DNA of 64,000 nt from Phoronis australis (lineage: Eukaryota; Animalia; Phoronida), in contig NMRA01000278.1 in the NCBI GenBank assembly GCA_002633005.1, forward strand, positions 412,283 to 476,282, read 5' to 3'. The translations under genes were made by a program, and so were the position numbers. This document shows, one piece after another, positions 1 through 15,200 of the stretch. Position 1 is the first letter of the stretch. Each line of letters opens with the position of its first letter. The notes under the pieces were generated by a model. That model was not told the DNA's origin, did not search any database, and was given only the letters and a program-made list of their open reading frames with translations.

Positions 1-135
1 GTGCTTGGTCAATCTACTATGAAAAATGTTCACATAAAACACCCTGTGTCCTAAAGTGGTTAGGCTGTTTTTGGAGATAAATATTCAATTGGGAATCAAT
101 AAAGTTTCGTCGTATCTAAAGTTGAGTGCACTTAC

Positions 136-295
136 TGCAGTAGTCTGTAGGTTGGTCCACGGAGTACCCAGGGTCTAGGCATGACATGTTACGAATATCT
201 GGAGGTGATATGTCTATAGTGATGCCATTGGTTGTCGTGACAACCTCCAACCCCGACCGACTTACAGCTTTGACCATTATGAAGTATATTGCAGG
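136..295 (-). CDS. Exon E61 (PAIYFIMVKAVSRSGL...ITIDISPP...TDYC); gene continues left of the window
   Basis: ttccag| ... A|gtaagt; phase 0->1. Confidence 0.85.
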
Positions 296-3200
296 CTGGA
301 ATAATGATTTTCGTAAATGAAGCACAATGATGCCCTACAACTTTCATAACCAGATATGACGAAAGTATTCAGTTGCTTAGTGATGACTGACCTAATTACG
401 ACGTAATTTGGAACCACAGAGGAATAGATTGAAACGGAGTCATGTCATGTTTGCAAAAATTATAGTCTCGGATTTTTTCTGATTGAGATAATCGTTTGGC
501 ACTCGACTTTTTCTACAAACTTATGAGTTTCAATTAATTTGTGTACTTTGACAACTGTTCCACCCATTGTATGCTAACGAGGATCTGAGGCGTAAGAATG
601 AAGGTCATTTGTTTTTAATTCTATTTGACTTGGTCCAAAATGTCAAAATGACAACATACGAAACAACTACTAACCCGTAACTGCCTAACACTGTACAGTA
701 TACTGACTAAAATAATCACGTCATTAAATAAAAATGTTATGAACCTGCCTCCAGAGAAGAACCTAACGCTTGTTTTTGACTCACCTGAAAGAAAGTCGCC
801 TGGCCATCCTCAGTGAGTGCGTCAGCACCAGGGGATAGATTTAGTCCTGTTAGACGCAGTGTGAGTGGGCTGAAATCATTCTTGTCTGGATCAGTACACG
901 AAGCGTTGCAGTTGAAATCACATTGGCTGTAGCAACCTTGACATACGGTATGTGCCAACGTGAAATTGACAACATTTGCTGTGGCATTTGGTTCATTATT
1001 ATCACTGATGCCAAGGTAGATCTTACCGATGTGGCTCTCAAAGTCATAGAAAGGCAAGCCATAATGACACGGGCGTTGCAGTGGAACAGGTACGGACATC
1101 CCGGAAACAAGGGCAGAGGTCTCGTACACCGTGAATGGATCAGGCTTGGGTGGCATGTACAGGCCTCGCATCCATGTGTGAACAACTGGATGGGCAGTAG
1201 ATGGTGGTCTGACACCTTGTGGAGAAATAAAGAACTTCTTCAATTCATGCGAACAATATTTTCCAGTGTCTCTTGAACATGCAAAAAGCAAATTATTTGA
1301 CGGTTGTAGGAATCGTTAGAACCTTAACTGAGGTGGGTATCTTAATAAGTGCATTAAATATTAGAGAAAATATGCACAAAACGGGTATGGCAAAATTTAT
1401 TAAAAACAATTGGGGAACTATCAAATAGCTTAATTTAAAAAAATGCAAAACAATCTAATAGAGTTCAGCCTTGTGCTGATCTTTTGTCCTCCACAATTTA
1501 TGCCTCCATTTACACAAACTCGTTATCAGTCGAGACAGCGTGACACAATATATGACTCCTCAGCCTTTAATAATTTCAGAAATCCCTGATCAGTTAAGAT
1601 TTGCATTGGCCTCACGCAACAGAAATTTGCTTCCAGTTAAAAAATCCAAACTACACTAAAGAAGCCGACAAAACAAAATAAACAACAACAAACCAGTCAC
1701 AGTGACAGATTCTGCGCCATTCTCAAACAAGGTCATTCTCCAACCTTGACCTTTCGGGTCATCGTGGTCACGGTAGACGCGGACAGCATACGTAACTTCT
1801 GAAGCAGTGGGATCATTGGTCAGCCTGACCCACTCATACTTGGACACATCCTTGTCCCGAGCCCACAGTTTGGCGTACCAAACCTTGTTCCGTCTACCAT
1901 GTTGATAGCCTATTAACAATGTATTAGTAATTTTATAAGTAATTGGACTGCAAGCTAAATTTAACTATTAAGTAACAATAACGATGTTATTGAGCAGCGA
2001 ATGAAATGATCTTTATGTTAAAGTTTCAAATGATTTACACCCTGTTACTTTTCCGGCTGGTTTGCATTTTGCTTCCCAACATAATCTCAAGAAAACAAGA
2101 TCATTTTCAACATTTTTGAAAACTACCAATTGTTGCTAAGGGTAACCCGACTTGAGAGAAATGAAGCACATTGTTACCTAGGACAAAATGCATCGACATC
2201 TTGCTGTCCATCAAAAGGTCAACATGTGAGTAGAACACATTTCAATAATTTAGAAACTCCACCTGTCAGCAACTGGAAGAATGTGATTCTTGGGACTATA
2301 GTTTGTACATTTACCAAAGAAAGTGAGTCCAAAGCCAGGTTTGTATGTGATGATGATTGGAACTGCTTGTGGATTGGGAGTAGTAGAGACGGTGACAGTA
2401 GTGGTGCTTATGTTGCTGCTAGTAGAGCTCGATGTTGTTGTCTGGGCAACAGTTGTCGTGGTAGTAGGTGCTTCAGTCGAGTTTGTTGTGGTGACACTTT
2501 CTGTGGTACAGTTCACAGAGCATGGCTACAGAGAAACAGAAATTTTAAGTGACAAAAACAAAGAGTGAATCACACTGCTCACAAAACAAGCAAAAACCAA
2601 AATGTTGTTGTTGGTTCTAAATAGGCTACCAATTGATTTCAGTTGTGTCTCCATAGAAATGTGTCCCCTGAACATCTTGAGACCTGCAACCAAACCACTA
2701 AAGTCAAACTGCACTCGTGCAAAGATGAACCAGAACATACACACAACAATTGTACTGGAACAACCAGCACCCACCAGTCTGTGCCTGTAACTTCAAAGTT
2801 GTGTGAACAGAGTATTTCTCAACAAAACTGTTTCAAAATCCTCTTCAATGGTATGACATATTGTATGTGACAGCTCGTAAACACTTGTTTTAAAAATTAC
2901 TGAAAGATGTCTCGAAAATATTCAGTTTTATTGATACTTAAGCCAACATAGAGGCTAATGAAAAAGCAGAATAAGGCACAAACTACTAGTAACTATTAAT
3001 ATTTTACTGTTTTGTACTATATTGGCAAAATCTTTCATTTCCATTAAACCACTTACAAGCCAGAGTCCATTTCTCCATTGCGCCCTGACACGCTTGACAT
3101 AAAGTAATTAAACAAACAATACAATGTACCTCTGGTGGTAGGGTTGGCTCAACATAGGGGTCCGCCTCTGCCAGTACCTCCTTGGCCGTCTTAACCTCCT

Positions 3201-6200
3201 TCACAGCAGGGGGTTGGCCTAGCTCAGGCTCGTCAAGCACGTTTTCCGTCATGGCAAAGGTCGTCATGACATTCTTACCACCAGCAATGCGCACAGTGAT
3301 AGCATACTTGCCCTCAATTATAGGTAGAGCCTCTCCGTACATGCCTGGAACAGAGAACAGACCATGTATCATATCTATTCACCCATGTCAACAATATTTA
3401 CTGCTCCTACTCAAGTTGATGCACGTACCTCACTAAAAAAATGAGCACAGTCTTAACCTTCTGTTGGTAAAGTAAATCCATTACCAGGGGTCACACTAAT
3501 TGGCCAGTTGCTACCTTCACATTCTGAAACACGAATGCAAGAAGCTCTCCCTGGACCAAACGCCAGCCATTTGTGGCGCTCACTGGACCATTACAGCAGT
3601 CTGAGACATTATCGGCACGTTGATCAGCGCTGCTGTACTGAACAAAGACCTTTCGCCACTGAGTCACAAAGGGAATATCTGAACCTTCTGCACATGGTAA
3701 TAAATGTATTCCAAAATAAAATGATAGTGTAAACCTAGACTGAGTTTGACTTTGGGCGCCCCCTTCACTAAAGACTGCATCTTTTATTAAGAGGTCCCGT
3801 GGCCTCAGCAAGGTCACAGCACCAGTTAAAGTATCGTGCTGAATCAGCTTTGCCAAACTAAAACAAGAAACAAAAAGTTGGATTACAACACACCTTTTGG
3901 GAATAAAGAAGCCAGGTGTATTATGTCCCTTTTCCCTTTGTTGTCATGTTGCTAAGCAACCTGTTACTGAACAGTGGCAAGTTGCTTGCAGTTGGTAAGA
4001 TTCCATGCAGGTTTGCCACACAGAGAGTTGTAGACCTGACACAAGACTTATGCAGCAAGATTTTGTTTGGTTGACAACTTGCAAGTGGCCTACATACTGT
4101 ATGTCACTCACCAGAGCACTTCATGAACATTTTCTTGGAGTGTTGTTGAACCTTGAGGATGCGCTTCTTGGAGCCAGGATTAGCGTCCTGAATCACATTA
4201 TTGGTGTCATAGTAGGAAGACAGTGTGCGTGGGTCACCGGGCACAACATACTGCTCTTGTCCCGATAGTGGCTGCCAGCTGGATATGTTGAGCTTGCGAG
4301 TGTCCGGACACGACAACTGGAACAGCGAAACGTAAATATCACAAATTAGTTTCCTATTCATTCAACATCTGGGTGTATTGCTGTGTGTACAATAAGGCAT
4401 AATGGTAAACTTGGTGGACAGATATTCAATTACTACACAGTGGCTCATTAATTTAAAAGCAAAGGAATAGATTCTCCTGTAAGCCTTCCCCATTGCTTCA
4501 TTTTTTAAAGTTCGCTAATTTATTTTGGTTTTCAACAATGGCTGGGATCGGTATTCTCCTGGTCAGTGGCTTTGACGCAGAAACAAGCTCAATTTCAAAA
4601 GGTTTGCTTATTTCTAAGACTTCAGAATATCCCACCGCACAGCAGTGAAAATTTACAGGTACTATAATTATTAGTAGAAAAAGTGTTAAAACGCTATATA
4701 CCAATAGATTAAAACCTGCCATCTGCATTATATGGGACCTGTAGATGGCGCCGAATGCATGTCCACCAAAGACTTGATCGGCGTCAGGCAGTTTAGTGAA
4801 TTTCAAGATGGCGCAGCTGTTATGAAAGTCAACTATTACAGCTAATTATAAGGGCAAATTCTACATTGAAATAAACACGACAAATTCAACATTATTTAAT
4901 CCAAACACTTTCAAATGAATTGGCCCAAAATGTTTTAAGACTTAAGTTTCCATATCTCATATCCTATCAGAACACGTTTTCAATATTTCTGGTGTTTCGT
5001 TAATTAGCACACACACACATACCTGTTGCTGATAGTTGGCAATGGCCAGGGTTACAGCGAGTTCGTTCACCAAAGATGTATAGGTGGCATCCTTGTACCA
5101 GTTTTTGCCATCCACCACTCGGCCAATCACTGTGATGAGAACAACAAGAAATTTGAGACAAAGGTTTCACCGTGACGATAATGTGAACGGTGCATAAAAC
5201 CATAGAGTACATTGTCCACAAAATCTCACAGATTTAGCAAACCATTTTGCAGACAAGCGAAATTTTGTTTCGTTTTTCTTTTTTTAAATGTAGTACTAAT
5301 TAACTACATAACTTTGAATTATTTTGTGAAATTTCACCATAGATATTCGAATTTCACAAATACGGTTTACATCCTTTACTGACCACCAGATGTCTCTGTC
5401 ATGCAGTAAAAATTTGTATTCAATCTACAACAGGCTTCCCATCAGTTTCCATAAAAGGGGCACAAGCCGATGAGGCAATTCATGAAATGGAAAACTTATT
5501 GGAAAAGATTCAAAACAGACAAAAAACAAAAGAATGAGGAATATTTGTAAACTTGTGCATGTGAAATAAACATTTTTTAAGCATTTGAAGTCCATTTACC
5601 TGGCGGGATGTCGTCAAGGAACCCGGGTGAACTGGCAAGGTAGTCCGACTGCGTTTTGGCACGGTTGTGAGCGGATATTAGAACATAGTAGACAAAGTTG
5701 AGCTGCAACGCCACCGGTTGGAACACCATGCTGGTGTCGTTGCCGCCAGCTTTGGCTCGGGTGAACAAAGGCACTAGATTGGACCCCTCCAGCGTTTTGT
5801 GGTCGCACGTATCACGTGTCAAATAAATATAGAAGAAGTTAATGCCAGACTCTGAATCCAACCAATCACGCCATGACACACGCAGATATTCTTTGGTTGG
5901 GAAATAGATGGCTCCATCATATAGATTCCCAATGTTGACGTCGCCAACTTTCGGCTTTGTCAGATCGATGAGCGTCGGAGCTCCAACTTCTGTGTAGCAG
6001 TGGTCTGCCTCATTAATCGCTTTGACAATAGGGTAGTAATACGTGTTGTGCTGTAGCGAGAGATTCGTCAGCGTGACCATTGTGTCAGTTTTCATGTCAG
6101 TCCAATCAAGGACATCAAATTTCACGTCGTTGATGATGTTATGTGACATGTCAGCATAGTTCCTACACCCGCTCATAGAGGTCACTTGAGCAGCAACTGC

Positions 6201-9200
6201 AGCTGTCGCTAGGGCAACCTTGTAATCAATATTGGCAAAGTTGTCACCAAACTGACTCCAGGATACAGAGAGGGTCGTGTTCTTCGCCCAGAAGGGTTCA
6301 ACGGTGACCCCACCTGGGCCGATGTCATAGTCAAAGCCAACAGCAATGCCATTAGAGTAACCATCAGAGAATGACCCGCTCATGGCGAAACCACGGACTG
6401 CACAGTAGTAAATGACATCAATTCGTGTCAGGTTTATATCTACAAATGTGTAGCTCAGGTTGGTGCCGACATCCACATACCAATGGATGTTGGTCCGTGT
6501 GAATTCCGAGGAGCGATCATTACCCAGACCCACAATGTAATGAGATATCATTTTGGAAGGATCAATGGAATCCGGGTCGCCAAACTGGTCCCAGTTGCAC
6601 TCCAGGTATGTGTACGGCTCATAGAAATTGAGATCACGATCTTTGTATGGACCATCGCGTACCTCCCCAGGCTTGGGTGGGTACATGTTGACGGTGATGC
6701 CATCAGAGGACGCCACTGTCACACGCCCGAGCATGTCCGTGACGCGGATCACGCTGAAGTACATCTTTAGGTCGTCAAGTACGAGCTGGTCATTGTTGAA
6801 GTAGTTATTGTCAGTTGGCATCGATGTGAAGTTCTGGATGATAACACCTGTAGGTGAAACAAGGGAGTGCAATGACAGGGACGGTTACAAAAACAACTAC
6901 TAAAGATCTTCAATTAATAAATAAACACACTTCCAAATGGGCACAAACCAAAAACATGCGAGTAAGAAACAAAATAATTAAACTTCGTGTTGTGGAAAGT
7001 ATTCTATGTACGGCTGCGGCACTTAATCTTAGCTCCAATCACCCAAAACACAGTCTTAGCCAGCAAACACCAAACCCACATGCATGGCAATATTCTAGAC
7101 CTACAGCATGGGTCAGAGTGAGTAATCTGGTTTGCAGGCATGCAGTTTCGTACCCAGATATGGCATAGTTTCGGACTTTCATTAAAAACAACATAATGAG
7201 TTTATAATATCTAGACAACTTCCGACAAAAAAGATGCATTTTAATACAAAATGTAAATTTAGAAGTCCACTCTTCATCACAAACTTCAACAACAAAAACA
7301 CCAACAGGATACAGTCAGTCACCCACTCACCATCAGCACGGTGTATGGACCATTCAACTGTCTGCACAAAGCAGCCATCATTGACCTCATAACGACCCTG
7401 CAACTGTGTCTCTTCCTGCTGATAGTCAACGTCGCGTGCCTTCTCACCTTTCTTCAAGTCATAGACAGTAACCTTGAGTTTGGGAGTGACCAATACAAAC
7501 TGAGACACAGCCACTGCCTTCAATCCTGCCACGTTGACCGCGCGCACAGACGCTCGAACGGACGTTCCTGTGAGCCAGGTATAGGGATATTGAGTAACAC
7601 TAAACAGCAAACAATTTATCACAACCAGGTGTTAGTAAAATGGCGATTATGTTTGGTTTTAGTTTGACACTGCTTTAAAGCTGTACATCTGCCACTCCAA
7701 AAAAGTAGAACACAAAAATTTTAATTTCGGGGAACAGGAGTTGTGAAAAACGTGTCTAATAAAGACAAGTACAGGATATTTGTACAGCATTTTAGATAAG
7801 TCTAATAAAGACAAGTACAGGATATTTGTACAGCATTTTAGATAAGTCTAATAAAGACAAGTACAGGATATTTGTACAGCATTTTAGATAAGTCTAATAA
7901 AGACAAGTACAGGATATTTGTAAAGCATTTTAGATAAGTCTAATAAAGACAAGTACAGGATATTTGTACAGCATTTTAGATAAGTCTAATAAAGACAAGT
8001 ACAGGATATTTGTACACCATTTTAGATAAGTCTAATAAACACAAGTACAGGATATTTGTACAGCATTTTAGATAAGTCTAATAAAGACAAGTACAGGATA
8101 TTTGTACAGCATTTTAGATAAGTCTAATAAAGACAAGTACAGGATACTTGTACAGCATTTTAGATAAGTCTAATAAAGACAAGTACAGGATACTTGTACA
8201 GCATTTTAGATAAGTCTAATAAAGACAAGTACAGGATACTTGTACAGCATTTTAGATAAGTGTAATAAAGACAAGTACAGGATACTTGTACAGCATTTTA
8301 GATAAGTCTAATAAAGACAAGTACAGGATACTTGTACAGCATTTTAGATAAGTCTAATAAAGACAAGTACAGGATATTTGTACAGCATTTTAGATCAGGA
8401 GCTTAGTCAAGGAGCCATAACAACCCATATGGCTGTAAAGGTTTGGTGTCACGTGTAAGATTGGAGTTTAATGGAAACATTAACAGATTCACAAGATCCC
8501 GTCTAGTGCATGGTAAAACTACTTTAATTAGTGAGTGTAGAATAACATAATTTTGCTGACATTGGTGGAATACATGGCATGTGCACCTAAAACATGTGCT
8601 AGTTTCTTTATGGAGGAAAGTCGGCATTTGATAGCTCGTTTCAAATGGCTTCCGTACATCCCTGCACGACAGCATGATAAGCTAAGAACTAAGTCGCTAA
8701 TTTACATACCTGCAGTCAGGCTAAGTCCCCTTATGGTATAGGAGGTTACCAGTCCCACAGACTTAAAAGGTACAAAGTGCGTGGATGACTCAGCATTTCC
8801 AAGGGCAATCTCATACCTGAAAGGCAATGCATTTATTGTGAAATTCAAGCACTCTGATACAGAGTTATTAGTTAGGTTTAACCAAGGCAGCAAAGTGACG
8901 TTTGGAGTCTGTTTTATGAAGGTCATACTTCACAATTAAAGGCTTGCTCAAGTTATTTTGAACATAGGGCAGTGTTTAGAAACATTTTATAGAAATTATC
9001 TCAGAGTTATCTTAATAATCCCAAAGAAAGCAGTGAAATTTGAGCAGGGGAGGGCATTACGACACATGCTTTGGGGGTATTAAGCCAATCACCAAGATGG
9101 TAAATGCCTGGTAATCCTAACACAGAAGAAGCAGACGTTACAAACTTGAAAATGCGATGTAGCGCTTAATGGTCAAGCAAAATGTGTTATGTCCACTCAC

Positions 9201-12200
9201 TCAGCCATTATGCATTGCACAATGTTTCACTTTATTCCACAACCATCTCCAGGTAAGAACTAAATTCAAACAACCAATGCATTTACCTGAAGGTGCTTAT
9301 GGAATAAAGCGAAAGATGGAGTTTTCAGTCACAACTTATAAAATTAGCAACTGCCGTAATTATGAATTTTTCGACATTATTGTTGACAGAATTCTCGAGT
9401 CATTTAAGAAATTAAAAAAATGCAAAACTGTCATTGGAATGTTTTTACTTTAAAACTAACTCTATTTCCTGCAAGTGATGGGAAACTAATTACCAAATGA
9501 TTTTTAGGCAGCCATGAATATCAAACTAAGAACAAAATATATTGAGAAATTGTTTAATTTTGAATTCCATCCACATTACTATATGGTAAACACGTGAAGA
9601 TCTGCACTATCCAAAAATAAAGTAACTAATCTTGTTCTTTTTAGTCCATATATTTTTTATCTAAAACCTCACCTGCAATTGACCTTACCTGTCTAAAGGT
9701 GTGTTATCAGTGAATGGTTCCCACTGTACAGTCACCATAGTTTGTGAGATCTGGCACACAACATCAGCATCACCAGAATTTTGTGTCAGCGGGAATTTGG
9801 ATGGAGTAACAATCTTGACCTAAAAATTAGGAAAATGTAAATTTGAAATTTGTAAGTTATCAATTAGCACTTTTTCATTTTTAACTTTGATTTAAGATAA
9901 TTAACTATTCAATTCTGTTAAAAAACTAGGTAACTATGCTTTATGACTGAGTACTAACTTAATATCTCTTTATGACTGAGTACTAACTTAATATCTCTTT
10001 ATGACTGAGTGCTAACTTAATATCTCTTTATGACTGAGTGCTAACTTAATATCTCTTTATGACTGAGTACTAACTTAATATCTCTTTATGACTGAGTGCT
10101 AACTTAATATCTTATAGGTTACATGACAAAGAGCAATATAAAATGTAGCTTTAAATTTCGGCCTTCCCCTCTCCTTGTGCCCCCACTGTTTTTCTCGATC
10201 ATCTAGACGATGGCCTCTTTTTGATACCTGATTGGCAGTTGGTGTTTCGATCACGTAGGTGATCTCATCCGAGACGGATGTGTCTCGACCAACCCTGTTC
10301 CTGACGTGCAGCGTGACAGAGTACGGCTTGCCCTGCTCCAGGGTGCTGTTCAACACGTGATATTTCCACGTGCGGCGGTACACAGGAAGTGGATACCAGT
10401 CCAGTATGTCAGACGTGTTGTGGGAACTACCAATGGCAATGGCCATGTCTGGGAAAGAACAAATGGGGTTCAATTACAACAGTTTTTAAAATGATCAATA
10501 ACCAATTGTCACAATAAATGGACAAACTAATAGTAAACAAAATGCATGAATTAGATAAAAAGCTAAATCCTATGTTAGACACGCTGGCATTATTGTTTAA
10601 AAAATATGTTGATTAGGAAGACGGGTAATAACACACGTACACCGCCATATTGCCATTAGTCTTGTTCAGTCTATTCTACACTCTGCTAAGTGGAACAGTC
10701 TATTCTACACTCTGCTAAGTGGAACAGTCTATTCTACACTGCTGAGCGCAACAGTCTGAAGTCCCCCAAGTGAACCCACTAGTCACAGATTTATAGTTCA
10801 ACTGTTCACACACGTTATGTGCATGTTGAAAACTAACCTCCCAGTAAGGGATGTTTTGTCAGAATTTTCGTGAAAATTTTGCTTTGTTCAAGTTTAAGTT
10901 AAATTGCCTCACACATTTGTTATTGATTTCACATTTTCCATCTTCCCAAAGACTCCAAATCCAATTACACTCACAAATGCCTAAACCACTTAAAAACCTA
11001 AACATCATTCTCTTATCCAGCATTTTCTTACCCAGCATTCTCAAACCCAGAATTCTGCCAATCACAAATACAAGAGCATTGAACTCACAAGTTAGCGAGC
11101 TTTCATTGTCGCTGGCAATCTTCCAGTTGCAGTCTACACCCAAGTTAGTGCTGGATACATATGGCTCGCACCGATAGTTCTCGACATAAGGGGGCGTTAC
11201 ATCCACCGTGACACCTGGAGTGCGCAGACGCACACTATTGGACAGCTGATCCTGAGATGTCACCTCACCAAATACCTGTCAAGCAAGCATGGCAACTCCA
11301 GTCAGTTGTGAAAGAAAATTTACCAAATTTGGCAATAGCAGTTTCATGACTTTACAAAAACACTTCAAACACCCTATTTACACAATGATCAACAGGTGAC
11401 AGGGGAGACAATCTAATGGCCGACTTAGTTGACTAGAAGGTGGTATTTATATTCAGGAGGGGGATTGTTGACCCTCTGTGATGATGAACTGTGTTCTGCT
11501 CTTAATCTATTCAGGTATCAAAAAGGGACGTTAACTTTATTCTTTAGCATCGGCTGAATAACAAACCTCCCTTTTACATACAGAAGAAAATCAATGTGTT
11601 CATTCAGCAATAAAAGCTCGATTCGTTCAAGTTTGGAAAGATCGCATAACATGCCGCTTGTGTTTGGCTAATATTGTGTGTGTAACCTAGGAACATTACA
11701 CATCACATCAACAAGTGGATGGCTCTGTTTCCGTGGCCCAGCAAGACTAGAACATTGAATTATGGGAAAAAACAGGTTATGTTAAATCACTAATTCCAGT
11801 TCAACATTGTTTGCTAAAACCTTATTCCAAATGAGGCTTCCCGACGCATAACAAAAAATTTCTGAATCACAGCACAAATTTATCTAATGGTCGGCTAGGG
11901 AAAGTTTATTAAGATTTTCTAATAAACATTGATACGATAGTAATATGGATTAAAATAAAACTAAACAGTCCAAATAATATTAGGTAAACTTTTTAAGAAT
12001 TATAACTCAATCTTTCCTAAAGCTTTATACTCGTCATATAATGCTTAACCAGATAATTATGGACTTGAGAAGTAAACCCATAAGACCATACTCAGACAGG
12101 TCAATGGACTCATGAGCAAACCTGTTTTCAAAAAAATTCTGATGAACCTCTAATGAATAGATCTCTGGTTTACTAAAATCAATCAAACAATTGAAACAAA

Positions 12201-15200
12201 AATTAGTGAAATTGAATGATAAACGATAATGATGACAGCCATTGCTACAGATGAGGGATGGATGATGATGAAGAACAAAACGATGATGACTAAAAATATC
12301 AAGAAACATCGCCATGTACAGTGGATGGTAAACCAACAAGTGCGCATTGAGGAATCAGCCAATCAAAGAAAAGTCATAAAAATCATAAAAAAGTCGTAGC
12401 AAGAAATGGATGACACACTCCAGGTAGCTCTGAAGAATACCTAAAAGGACGTGCAACACAAATAGTTGAAACACCACCAATGCATCTCAATTTCAGCAGC
12501 AAACTATAGACCTCGGACTATTGTCAACTATTACAGACCTCAGGCTATTATCAACTATTATAAACCTCAGGCTATTATCCACACATATTGTGTGTGAATT
12601 TCAAAGTTATCAGACAAGACATTTGACACCTTAACAAACAAAAATGTATGACAGAGTAACGACAAAGAGAATTCCCCAAATTTGTGACCACCTGATAACA
12701 AACATCCGTTCAGACATGACACAAGGGTCTACATACTGTGTCGCCTTGGCTCAGCTTGACAGCACCAAGAGGCATGTTGAACGCCGTTGTCTGGGTCCAG
12801 TCTTTGAGGTCTCCTGACCCAGGCAGGCCCCCCACTCGGTACTTCATGGTAACGTTGCCTATACCTGCAAAAGTGAAAGGCGAAATCAATTGAGATTACT
12901 GCTGCAGCACTTTAAAAAGTGGCTGCACACATAACAAACAGACTTTCTTACACTACACATTAAATCATGCTTGCTTTATCTAGGGAGTATGAATGTGCCA
13001 AAAATCCTACCAAAATTAACCACTGCATTAAATCAAAAAACAGTAATGTAATTTTTAAAGAAAAAAATTGATTATCCATCTCATCGAAAATCAGAAATTT
13101 CAAAGCCAAAATTTCCAGCTAATTCACAAATGATTTCGTGAAATTATTTTTCTCCTGGCTTCATTCTTGGTTTTCATCATGACATTTACAAATAGCAACA
13201 AAATTTATCATTTGTTTGAAAAACTACATCTACCTAGTATATGACCTTGACCTACCATAATCAGTGCTGTTCCAGTGGAAACTCAACATATCGGCTTCAT
13301 TGCGTTCATAGAACACGTGATGTGGATCGCTGAGATCAACCACTGTACCAAATTCCTTCAGTTTCAAAGTGGGTGGTGTAGAATCCAGCCGGAACCCGTC
13401 AGACTCGGACACGATGATGTCCTCGTGACAGTTGTGACCCGTGATGGCTCGCACAGTCACAAACACCTGATGTCAAGACAAAAGAAGCTTGAATTTAGAA
13501 AAGCACCTCAAACCCATTTGTTAAGAAATTTTTATTGCCATTTATATAGTGGTGACATAGTTAATGAAATACATCTTGTCACTAGATGGCGAAAGAGTAG
13601 TTATTGGCCTCGTTTGTTCATTGTGTTCTTGAATGGTGAGTTAACGCACTCATTTTCCAGTATTTTTTCACAGTTTTTCCACCGCCACCTATCGGTCAAA
13701 TTACTAGAGATATGCAGTGAGATAGGCATATGATTCACTGTAGAATATGGGGCACCAAAATTCAAGCCGAAATTGAATTTTTTTGATTCTGAAGATTGGA
13801 ACATGGGCAACTTTGGTTCTCATCACTTTTCTCAAATATCGGACATTGCACTTTGTATCAATAGAATCTGAAAATAAACTTCATTGACAGCTCACAAAAA
13901 TAAACCGGTGAAGTGACGTTTTCAGGCTTAACATAGAGTGTGTAATAAATGTTATGTCCAGACTACTGACTATCTTTTAATCTGGAATGGCCAGACGTGC
14001 AGATTTATAAAATTTGTTACACGCTCCGACTTTGAGCAAAACAACTAATGTTTCACTGTCTGAAACTGGATTATGTTTATCGTACTTTACAAACAACTGC
14101 ATTTAATACACAGATTCAAACTCATCTCCAGAAAAAAAAAAATGAGTATTAAAGAAACCGACCCAACTCAACAGTGTTCTTTAATAAGTGTTTCTTCTTA
14201 TTACCTTGCTGATCTGTATATGAATATTCGCTTGAGCATACCCAGTGTCTGCACTGTCCATAATGATGCCTTCTGCCACAAACGGCTGAATATTCGAGCC
14301 TCCAGCTATATCACCTAGAGCCCAGTCATAACCTGTAGATAACAACAACATGATCACCTAGAGCCCAGTCATAACCTGTATATAACAACAACATGATCAC
14401 CTAGCGCCCAGTCATAACCTGTAGATGACAACAACACGATCACCTAGAGCCCAGTCATAACCTGTACATAACAACAACATGACCACCTAGAGCCCAGTCA
14501 TAACCTGTATATAACAACAACATGATCACCTAGAGCCCAGTCATAACCTGTAGATAACAACAACATGATCACCTAGCGCCCAGTCATAACCTGTAGATGA
14601 CAACAACACGATCACCTAGAGCCCAGTCATAACCTGTACATAACAACAACATGACCACCTAGAGCCCAGTCATAACCTGTATATAACAACAACATGATCA
14701 CCTAGAGCCCAGTCATAACCTGTAGATAACAACAACATGATCACCTAGCGCCCAGTCATAACCTGTAGATGACAACAACACGATCACCTAGAGCCCAGTC
14801 ATAACCTGTACATAACAACAACATGACCACCTAGAGCCCAGTCATAACCTGTATATAACAACAACATGATCACCTAGAGCCCAGTCATAACCTGTAGATA
14901 ACAACAACATGATCACCTAGCGCCCAGTCATAACCTGTAGATGACAACAACACGATCACCTAGAGCCCAGTCATAACCTGTACATAACAACAACATGACC
15001 ACCTAGAGCCCAGTCATAACCTGTATATAACAACAACATGATCACCTAGAGCCCAGTCATAACCTGTAGATAACAACAACATGATCACCTAGCGCCCAGT
15101 CATAACCTGTAGATGACAACAACACGATCACCTAGAGCCCAGTCATAACCTGTACATAACAACAACATGACCACCTAGAGCCCAGTCATAACCTGTATAT

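Noticed and set aside
3515-3687. Exon-like open segment (EGSDIPFVTQW...DCCNGP...QNVK)
   Set aside because: The best donors give phase 0 but E57 needs phase 1, and E56 joins E57 directly in frame. Left out of the model, though a cassette using a weak donor cannot be excluded.
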